Assembly (NCBI GenBank): GCA_040285855.1
Contig: JAUFOQ010000001.1
Location: 3,658,001 to 3,722,000, forward strand
From: Eukaryota sp. GEM-RC1
Taxonomy: Eukaryota
DNA: 64,000 nucleotides
Reading direction: 5' to 3'
The translations under genes were made by a program, and so were the position numbers. Every line of letters begins with the position of its first letter. The first letter of the stretch is position 1. The notes under the pieces were generated by a model. It saw only the letters and a program-made list of their open reading frames with translations. It was not told the DNA's origin and did no database searches. Positions 49,901 through 61,900 of this stretch are shown one piece after another.

Positions 49901-52900
49901 ATTAGCCTTAAACATATCCAAACATGTATCCCGGATACTGTTGTGAATAATTGATCGAAAAAAACGGGGTTTATGATCAGTCAGTGAAATAAATGCATTT
50001 ATGTATTTTTGTTTTTTTTTGATCGAAAATGAATAAATTGATGACAGTTAACTAAATGATGAAAATTGGAAGCCTTTGAACGACCACAAAGACATGGAGA
50101 ATGCTTCCAAAGACCTGAAAGCCATAAACCTAACCTAAGTCTCATGTTTATAAGCCATTCATGATCCTTAAGATTAAAACAAAATTTGCTTGGCAAACGA
50201 GAAACAAATGAAGACGCATCGCTTGAAGAAATATCATTCAAAAATGCACAAAAAGCGGGACTCTTAGTCTTAGCCAAGCTAATACGGTTTTTAAAGTCCA
50301 AGCTTTCGTGAAACAAAACAAACTTCTTCTGTAACTTGCGAACACACAAAGGCAAAGAGAAAATGCTTCTCTGCTGAATTTCTGTTACCCCAACAGGAAA
50401 TAACTCTGACCACAAATTGGAGTCAAGACTATCAATCAAATTTTGAAGACTAATTAACCATGCACAAGGTGAGTGAAGTAAAAAATCTTTCGTTTTCCAT
50501 AACACAGGATAACGATTCTGAAATTCAAACAAAAAATTCTTTAAAGACCCCAAAAAGGCACCCTCACGCATGTACTTAGCTTTCGTGAAACCAATACCAC
50601 CAAAAAGAAGTAGAAGTGAAACAATGAGAAGGAAGTGAAGAGTCTTAAATTGAAAGTAAATTGAAATGTAACAACTAATGTATGCATCTTTTTCATTCTA
50701 TAATCGTATTTCAAACAAAGTTCGTCAAGGTGGTCTGTCGATGTAAGCTAGTTATGTTCTTCCATGAAGTATAAGATAGATGGGCAGTGTTGTCTTTGTG
50801 ACGCGGGTTGCTTCTGATGTTATACTTCTATCTCAAAAGCTTGTGAACCGAATTCTTGTTCCTAACAATGTTTATGATACAAAAAAACACACGGTAAAAA
50901 GTGTGTCAATGAAAGGTCACAAAAGCACATATCATAATAAAAGCTATGAAACACTAGACATAGAAAATTCCTGGTTAAGCTTAACAGTACTAGTGATGGG
51001 CAAAGACCAGACCAACCGACCATACTACAGGCCTCTAAAGTTTGGTCTGTAGTCCGAGGATCTCTTCTCTTCTCTGGTCTGGTCTGGTCTCGTCTGTAGT
51101 CCATTCATTTCTACTGTGGTCTGAAGTCCATTCATGTTTGTTTTACTTTTACGAATACATCACTAAAAAACATAACATATGTTTTCCGGTTCCACTTCAG
51201 TACTTCCATTTTCAGATTCTGAAAACTCATTAATACCTAGGAGATAATCCATTAGAGTATATATTAGCTGGTTTTGCCATAAGATACCACAATTTCCTTT
51301 TCACACACAATGTCAGGCCCAGTTATATAGAGGTGTCTACATAGAGTTGTATTCAGAGGCTTCTGCGGCAAAAAGGAGAATATATAGAAAAACGGGGTTT
51401 ATGATCAATGAGTGAAATAAACGCATTTGCAGAAGTTAATAACTAACAGACACTAACTAAAGTATCTAACTATGATCCTTCTGTCCATCATCGAACAACT
51501 TACCTAAAATTGAATTTAAATATCTGTGCATTGAACGAAACAACGCAAACGTTAACATACTCAACCAAAAATTTTCATTGAAAACTTTACCGAAGTCAGA
51601 ACACAATTTACCAAAGGAAGTTAAAAACCCTTGAGCAGCTATTTTTTCCTTTTTCAGCCACTTCAAGAGCAGAAAGATCATAATCAAAATTCTTGAAAAT
51701 TGATCTTGAATTACAAGGATCAACAGTCGTGAAATCCATAATAATTTCCTGACAAGATAACCAAGGACCAATCAAATCACCACGACTTCTATCAACTTTT
51801 GGCTGATCAGAAAGATTAGCAAGTAAAGGTTCAATTTTTCCATGAAAACCATTAGCCTTAAACATATCCAAACATGTATCCCGGATACTGTTGTGAAGAA
51901 TTGATCTAAAATGAATAAATTGATGACAGTTAACTAAATGATGAAAATGTGAAGCCTTTGAACGACCACAAAGACATGGAGAATGCTTCAAAAGACCATA
52001 AACCTAACCCAAGTCTCATGTTTATAAGCCATTCATAATCCTTAAGATTAAAACAAAATTTTCTTGGCAAACGAGAAACAAACGAAAACCTTTTAAAGTT
52101 AAGCTGATAACATAAGTTTGAGCACATGGATCTAACAAATATATTTGAAAGCTTGGATTATAACGTTCGACTTGGCATGATCAAGGAAAAAATCCAACTT
52201 TTGCAAATTTCTTAATGGATGTTTCTAATCGCTCTGCTTCATGTCTGATTACTCAAATCCTTCAAGCTCACGGTATGTTTTCTGATGATAACTCTTGGTC
52301 ATTAACATGCGTTTACGGTCATTTATTTGGCCTATGTGGGCAATCTGTAACACCTACACATTTATTGAATTGTAACCGTTTCATTTCTTTTAGAAGTAAG
52401 GTTCATGATTCTGTAAGGGATCAATTACAGTGAATGTGTAAATCTTATGGAATAATCATTTTTTAGAACCAGTTTTGTCTGGTTTGGTTGATGATACAGA
52501 CAAATCGTTTGGAAATAGCCGTGGTGATGTCATATTTCATGGTCTCGATGGTTCTTATATTATTGCTGATGTTACGTCTATCGACGTTAAAAATGGTTTC
52601 AACAAGACACATACTAAATCTAATGCTAAAACCCCTCTGTTGATTGATGAAAAATAAAACAAATGGAAAAATTTTGTGCTGAATTGAAATTATTGAATTC
52701 AGTTTCACACTCGAATTACTTGTTGTACCCTTTTGTATTTTCAATGTACGTTTCTTTAGGTGAATCGGCCACATCATTACTTGAAATCTTTGTGAAGATT
52801 GTAGATGAAAAACATCTAGGACTTTTGATCTTAGATTTTGGAAAAATCGAATCGTGTTTGATATCTTTAAAGGTATGGTGACCACCGAATCTAGCGCTTT

Positions 52901-55900
52901 GTTATCTCTCGACAGACATTATGAGGATACAGTTGGTGAGAATTTCCAGATAGGCAATTTGCCGACTTTGAGGATATTGATTATTAGATGTATGTACACT
53001 GTAGTGTTGATGTCAATTAAATAAATAATCACGAAAAAAGGTAATGTAAAATCTGAAAAATTGAATATCACAAGATCACATCACAAAATTACAAATTATT
53101 GACTTTGTGATATTACACATCACAACAATCACATTTCCACATCACAACTGAATGTCATTGTGATTGTGTGAGTCACAACAATCACATCACAATTTGTGAC
53201 AAGCAATATTTGTGTAATATTTCTAGTTGTGACTTTACAAAAAATTTTGTGGAAAGTAAATAAAATAACGGGGTTTATGATCAGTCAGTGAAATAAATGC
53301 ATTTGCAGAAGTTAATAACTAACAGACACTAACTAAAGTATCTAAACTATGATCCTTCTGTCCATCACCGAACAACTTACCTAAAATTGAATTAAAATAT
53401 CTGTGCATTGAACGAAACAACGCAAACGTTAACCTACTCAACCAAAAATTTTCATTGAAAACTTTACCATACTCAGAACACAATTTACCAAAGGGAAGTT
53501 AAAAAACCTTGTGCAGCTGGTCCAATATTACCGTATATCGACATCGCAAAAGGTTGAAACACAAAAGAATTGTACCTGTTAACATTCAATTGGTTAATTA
53601 AGTGACAGTACTTTGTATTTTTTCCTTTTTCAGCCACTTCAAGAGGCGAAAAATCAACATCAAAAATTTTGGGAATTGATCTTGAATTACAAGGATCAAC
53701 CGTCGTGAAATCCATGATAATTTCCTGACAAGATAACCAAGGACCAATCAAATCACCACGACTTCTATCAACTTTTGGCTGATCAGAAAGATTAGCAAGT
53801 AAAGGTTCAATTTTTCCATGAAAACCATTAGCCTTAAACATATCCAAACATGTATCTCGGATACTGTTGTGAAGAATTGATTTAAAATGAATAAATTGAT
53901 GACAGTTAACTAAATGATGAAAATTGGAAGCCTTTGAACGACCACAAAGACATGGAGAATGCTTCCAAAGACCTGAAAGCCATAAACCTAACCTAAGTCT
54001 CATGTTTATAAGCCATTCATGATCCTTAAGATTAAAACAAAATTTGCTTGGCAAACGAGAAACAAATGAAGACGCATCGCTTGAAGAAATATCATTCAAA
54101 AATGCACAAAAAGCGGGACTCTTAGTCTTAGCCAAGCTAATACGGTTTTTAAAGTCCAAGCTTTCGTGAAACAAAACAAACTTCTTCTGTAACTTGCGAA
54201 CACACAAAGGCAAAGAGAAAATGCTTCTCTGCTGAATTTCTGTTACCCCAACAGGAAATAACTCTGACCACAAATTGGAGTCAAGACTATCAATTAAATT
54301 TTGAAGACTAATTAACCATGCACAAGGTGAGTGAAGTAAAAAATCTTTCGTTTTCCATAACACAGGATAACGATTCTGAAATTCAAACAAAAAATTCTTT
54401 AAAGACCCCAAAAGGCACCCTCACGCATGTACTTAGCTTTCGTGAAACCAATACCACCAAAAGAAGTAGAAGTGAAACAATGAGAAGGAAGTGAAGAGTC
54501 TTAAATTGAAAGTAAATTGAAATGTAACAACTAATGTATGCATCTTTTTCATTCTATAATCGTATTTCAAAGAAAGTTCCTCAAGGTGGTAGTTATGTTC
54601 TTCCATGAAGTATAAGATAGATGGACAGTGTTGTCCTTGTGACGCGGATTGCTTCTGATGTTATACTTCTATCTCAAAAGCTTGTGAACCGTATTCTTGT
54701 TCCTAACAATGTTTATGATACAAAAAAACACACGGTAAAAAGTGTGTCAATGAAAGGTCACAAAAGCACATATCATAATAAAAGCTATGAAACACTAGAC
54801 ATAGAAAATTCCTGGTTAAGCTTAACAGTACTAGTGATGGGCAAAGACCAGACCAACCGACCATACTACAGGCCTCTAAAGTTTGGTCTGTAGTCCGAGG
54901 ATCTCTTCTCTTCTCTGGTCTGGTCTGGTCTAGTCTGTAGTCCATTCATTTCTACTGTGGTCTGAAGTCCATTCATGTTTGTTTTACTTTTACGAATACA
55001 TCACTAAAACATAACATATGTTTTCCGGTTCCACTTCAGTACTTCCATTTTCAGATTCTGAAAACTCATTAATACCTAGGAGATAATCCATTAGAGTATA
55101 TATTAGCTGGTTTTGCCATAAGATACCACAATTTCCTTTTCACACACAATGTCAGGCCCAGTTATATAGAGGTGTCTACATAGAGTTGTATTCAGAGGCT
55201 TCTGCGGCAAAAAGGAGAATATATAGAAAAAACGGGGTTTATGATCAATGAGTGAAATAAACGCATTTGCAGAAGTTAATAACTAACAGACACTAACTAA
55301 AGTATCTAACTATGATCCTTCTGTCCATCATCGAACAACTTACCTAAAATTGAATTTAAATATCTGTGCATTGAACGAAACAACGCAAACGTTAACATAC
55401 TCAACCAAAAATTTTCATTGAAAACTTTACCGAAGTCAGAACACAATTTACCAAAGGAAGTTAAAAACCCTTGAGCAGCTATTTTTTCCTTTTTCAGCCA
55501 CTTCAAGAGCAGAAAGATCATAATCAAAATTCTTGAAAATTGATCTTGAATTACAAGGATCAAAAGTCGTGAAATCCATAATAATTTCCTGACAAGATAA
55601 CCAAGGACCAATCAAATCACCACGACTTCTATCAACTTTTGGCTGATCAGGAAGATTAGCAAGTAAAGGTTCAATTTTTCCATGAAAACCATTAGCCTTA
55701 AACATATCCAAACATGTATCTCGGATACTGTTGTGAAGAATTGATTTAAAATGAATAATTGATGACAGTTAACTAAATGATGAAAATGTGAAGCCTTTGA
55801 ACGACCACAAAGACATGGAGAATGCTTCAAAAGACCATAAACCTAACCCAAGTCTCATGTTTATAAGCCATTCATAATCCTTAAGATTAAACCAAAATTT

Positions 55901-58900
55901 TCTTGGCAAACGAGAAACAAACGAAAACCTTTTAAAGTTAAGCTGATAACATAAGTTTGAGCACATGGATCTAACAAATATATTTGAAAGCTTGGATTAT
56001 AACGTTCGACTTGGCATGATCAAGGAAAAAATCCAACTTTGCAAATTTCTTAATGGATGTTTCTAATCGCTCTGCTTCATGTCTGATTACTCAAATCCTT
56101 CAAGCTCACGGTATGTTTTCTGATGATAACTCTTGGTCATTAACATGCGTTTACGGTCATTTATTTGGCCTATGTGGGCAATCTGTAACACCTACACATT
56201 TATTGAATTGTAACCGTTTCATTTCTTTTAGAAGTAAGGTTCATGATTCTGTAAGGGATCAATTACAGTGAATGTGTAAATCTTATGGAATAATCATTTT
56301 TAGAACCAGTTTTGTCTGGTTTGGTTGATGATACAGACAAATCGTTTGGAAATAGCCGTGGTGATGTCATATTTCATGGTCTCGATGGTTCTTATATTAT
56401 TGCTGATGTTACGTCTATCGACGTTAAAAATGGTTTCAACAAGACACATACTAAATCTAATGCTAAAACCCCTCTGTTGATTGATGAAAAATAAAACAAA
56501 TGGAAAAATATTGTGCTGAATTGAAATTATTGAATTCAGTTTCACACTCGAATTACTTGTTGTACCCTTTTGTATTTTCAATGTAAGTTTCTTTAGGTGA
56601 ATCGGCCACATCATTACTTGAAATCTTTGTGAAGATTGTAGATGAAAAAACATCTAGGACTTTTGATCTTAGATTTTGGAAAAATCGAATCGTGTTTGAT
56701 ATCTTTAAAGGTATGGTGACCACCGTATCTAGCGCTTTGTTATCTCTCGGCAGACATTATGAGGATACGGTTGGTGAGAATTTCCAGATAGGCAATTTGC
56801 CGACTTTGAGGATATTGATTATTAGATGTATGTACACTGTAGTGTTGATGTCAATTAAATAAATAATCACGAAAAAAGGTAATGTAAAATCTGAAAAATT
56901 GAATATCACAAGATCACATCACAAAATTACAAATTATTGACTTTGTGATATAACACATCACAACAATCGCATTTCCACATCACAACTGAATGTCATTGTG
57001 ATTGTGTGAGTCACAACAATCACATCACAATTTGTGACAAGCAATATTTGTGTAATATTTCTAGTTGTGATTTTACAAAAATTTTGTGGAAAGTAAATAA
57101 AAAAACGGGGTTTATGATCAGTCAGTGAAATAAATGCATTTGCAGAAGTTAATAACTAACAGACACTAACTAAAGTATCTAAACTATGATCCTTCTGTCC
57201 ATCACCGAACAACTTACCTAAAATTGAATTAAAATATCTGTGCATTGAACGAAACAACGCAAACGTTAACCTACTCAACCAAAAATTTTCATTGAAAACT
57301 TTACCATACTCAGAACACAATTTACCAAAGGAGGTTAAAAAACCTTGTGCAGCTGGTCCAATATTACCGTATATCGACATCGCAAAAGGTTGAAACACAA
57401 AAGAATTGTACCTGTTAACATTCAATTGGTTAATTAATTGACAGTACTTTGTATTTTTTCCTTTTTCAGCCACTTCAAGAGGCGAAAAATCATCATCAAA
57501 AATTTTGGAAATTGATCTTGAATTACAAGGATCAACCGTCGTGAAATCCATGATAATTTCCTGACAAGATAACCAAGGACCAATCAAATCACCACGACTT
57601 CTATCAACTTTTGGCTGATCAGAAAGATTAGCAAGTAAAGGTTCAATTTTTCCATGAAAACCATTAGCCTTAAACATATCCAAACATGTATCCCGGATAC
57701 TGTTGTGAATAATTGATCGAAAAAACGGGGTTTATGATCAGTCAGTGAAATAAATGCATTTATGTATTTTTGTTTTTTTTTGATCGAAAATGAATAAATT
57801 GATGACAGTTAACTAATTGATGAAAATTGGAAGCCTTTGAACGACCACAAAGACATGGAGAATGCTTCCAAAGACCTGAAAGCCATAAACCTAACCTAAG
57901 TCTCATGTTTATAAGCCATTCATGATCCTTAAGATTAAAACAAAATTTGCTTGGCAAACGAGAAACAAATGAAGACGCATCGCTTGAAGAAATATCATTC
58001 AAAAATGCACAAAAAGCGGGACTCTTAGTCTTAGCCAAGCTAATACGGTTTTTAAAGTCCAAGCTTTCGTGAAACAAAACAAACTTCTTCTGTAACTTGC
58101 GAACACACAAAGGCAAAGAGAAAATGCTTCTCTGCTGAATTTCTGTTACCCCAACAGGAAATAACTCTGACCACAAATTGGAGTCGAGACTATCAATTAA
58201 ATTTTGAAGACTAATTAACCATGCACAAGGTGAGTGAAGTAAAAAATCTTTCGTTTTCCATAACACAGGATAACGATTCTGAAATTCAAACAAAAATTCT
58301 TTAAAGACCCCAAAAAGGCACCCTCACGCATGTACTTAGCTTTCGTGAAACCAATACCACCAAAAGAAGTAGAAGTGAAACAATGAGAAGGAAGTGAAGA
58401 GTCTTAAATTGAAAGTAAATTGAAATGTAACAACTAATGTATGCATCTTTTTCATTTTATAATCGTATTTCAAACAAAGTTCCTCAAGGTGGTCTGTTGA
58501 TGTAAGCTAGTTATGTTCTTCCATGAAGTATAAGATAGATGGACAGTGTTGTCCTTGTGACGCGGATTGCTTCTGATGTTATACTTCTATCTCAAAAGCT
58601 TGTGAACCGTATTCTTGTTCCTAACAATGTTTATGATACAAAAAAACACACGGTAAAAAGTGTGTCAATGAAAGGTCACAAAAGCACATATCATAACAAA
58701 AGCTATGAAACACTAGACATAGAAAATTCCTGGTTAAGCTTAACAGTACTAGTGATGGGCAAAGACCAGACCAACCGACCATACTACAGGCCTCTAAAGT
58801 TTGGTCTGTAGTCCGAGGATCTCTTCTCTTCTCTGGTCTGGTCTGGTCTAGTCTGTAGTCCATTCATTTCTACTGTGGTCTGAAGTCCATTCATGATTGT

Positions 58901-61900
58901 TTTACTTTTACGAATACATCACTAAAAAACATAACATATGTTTTCCGGTTCCACTTCAGTACTTCCATTTTCAGATTCTGAAAACTCATTAATACCTAGG
59001 AGATAATCCATTAGAGTATATATTAGCTGGTTTTGCCATAAGATACCACAATTTCCTTTTCACACACAATGTCAGGCCCAGTTATATAGAGGTGTCTACA
59101 TAGAGGTGTATTCAGAGGCTTCTGCGGCAAAAAGGAGAATATATAGAAAAAACGGGGTTTATGATCAATGAGTGAAATAAACGCATTTGCAGAAGTTAAT
59201 AACTAACAGACACTAACTAAAGTATCTAACTATGATCCTTCTGTCCATCATCGAACAACTTACCTAAAATTGAATTTAAATATCTGTGCATTGAACGAAA
59301 CAACGCAAACGTTAACATACTCAACCAAAAATTTTCATTGAAAACTTTACCGAAGTCAGAACACAATTTACCAAAGGAAGTTAAAAACCCTTGAGCAGCT
59401 ATTTTTTCCTTTTTCAGCCACTTCAAGAGCAGAAAGATCATAATCAAAATTCTTGAAAATTGATCTTGAATTACAAGGATCAACAGTCGTGAAATCCATA
59501 ATAATTTCCTGACAAGATAACCAAGGACCAATCAAATCACCACGACTTCTATCAACTTTTGGCTGATCAGGAAGATTAGCAAGTAAAGGTTCAATTTTTC
59601 CATGAAAACCATTAGCCTTAAACATATCCAAACATGTATCTCGGATACTGTTGTGAAGAATTGATTTAAAATGAATAATTGATGACAGTTAACTAAATGA
59701 TGAAAATGTGAAGCCTTTGAACGACCACAAAGACATGGAGAATGCTTCAAAAGACCATAAACCTAACCCAAGTCTCATGTTTATAAGCCATTCATAATCC
59801 TTAAGATTAAAACAAAATTTTCTTGGCAAACGAGAAACAAACGAAAACCTTTTAAAGTTAAGCTGATAACATAAGTTTGAGCACATGGATCTAACAAATA
59901 TATTTGAAAGCTTGGATTATAACGTTCGACTTGGCATGATCAATGAAAAAATCCAGCTTTGCAAATTTCTTAATGGATGTTTCTAATCGCTCTGCTTCAT
60001 GTCTGATTACTCAAATCCTTCAAGCTCACGGTATGTTTTCTGATGATAACTCTTAGTCATTAACATGCGTTTACGGTCATATATTTGGCCGATGTGGGCA
60101 ATCTGTAACACCTACACATTTATTGAATTGTAACCGTTTCATTTCTTTTAGAAGTAAGGTTCATGATTCTGTAAGGGATCAATTATAGTGAATGTGTAAA
60201 TCTTATGGAATAATCATTTTTTTAGAACCAGTTTTGGCTGGTTTGGTTGATGATACAGATATTGACAAATCGTTTGGAAATAGCTGTGGTGATGTCATAT
60301 TTCATGGGCTCGATGGATGGTGCTTTTGTTATTGCTGATGTTATATCTATCGAAGTTAAAAATGGTTTCAACAAGAAACATACTTAATCTAATGCTAAAA
60401 CCCCTCTGTTGATTGATGAAAAATAAAACAAATGGAAAAATATTGTGCTGAATTGAAATTATTGAATTCAGTTTCACACTCGAATTACTTGTTGTACTCT
60501 TTTGTATTTTCAATGTACGTTTCTTTAGGTGAATCGGCCACATCATTACTTGAAATCTTTGTGAAGATTGTAGATGAAAAAACATCTAGGACTTTTGATC
60601 TTAGATTTTGGAAAAATCGAATCGTGTTTGATAGGCAATTTGCCGACTTTGAGGATATTGATTATTAGATGTATGTACACTGTAGTGTTGATGTCAATTA
60701 AATAAATAATCACGAAAAAGGTAATGTAAAATCTGAAAAATTGAATATCACAAGATCACATCACAAAATTACAAATTATTGACTTTGTGATATAACACAT
60801 CACAACAATCGCATTTCCACATCACAACTGAATGTCATTGTGATTGTGTGAGTCACAACAATCACATCACAATTTGTGACAAGCAATATTTGTGTAATAT
60901 TTCTAGTTGTGATTTTACAAAAATTTTGTGGAAAGTAAATAAAAAAACGGGGTTTATGATCAGTCAGTGAAATAAATGCATTTGCAGAAGTTAATAACTA
61001 ACAGACACTAACTAAAGTATCTAAACTATGATCCTTGTGTCCATCACCGAACAACTTACCTAAAATTGAATTAAAATATCTGTGCATTGAACGAAACAAC
61101 GCAAACGTTAACCTACTCAACCAAAAATTTTCATTGAAAACTTTACCATACTCAGAACACAATTTACCAAAGGGAAGTTAAAAAACCTTGTGCAGCTGGT
61201 CCAATATTACCGTATATCGACATCGCAAAAGGTTGAAACACAAAAGAATTGTACCTGTTAACATTCAATTGGTTAATTAAGTGACAGTACTTTGTATTTT
61301 TTCCTTTTTCAGCCACTTCAAGAGGCGAAAAATCATCATCAAAAATTTTGGAAATTAATCTTGAATTACAAGGATCAACCGTCGTGAAATCCATGATAAT
61401 TTCCTGACAAGATAACCAAGGACCAATCAAATCACCACGACTTCTATCAACTTTTGGCTGATCAGAAAGATTAGCAAGTAAAGGTTCAATTTTTCCATGA
61501 AAACCATTAGCCTTAAACATATCCAAACATGTATCCCGGATACTGTTGTGAATAATTGATCGAAAATGAATAAATTGATGACAGTTAACTAAATGATGAA
61601 AATTGGAAGCCTTTGAACGACCACAAAGACATGGAGAATGCTTCCAAAGACCTGAAAGCCATAAACCTAACCTAAGTCTCATGTTTATAAGCCATTCATG
61701 ATCCTTAAGATTAAAACAAAATTTGCTTGGCAAACGAGAAACAAATGAAGACGCATCGCTTGAAGAAATATCATTCAAAAATGCACAAAAAGCGGGACTC
61801 TTAGTCTTAGCCAAGCTAATACGGTTTTTAAAGTCCAAGCTTTCGTGAAACAAAACAAACTTCTTCTGTAACTTGCGAACACACAAAGGCAAAGAGAAAA

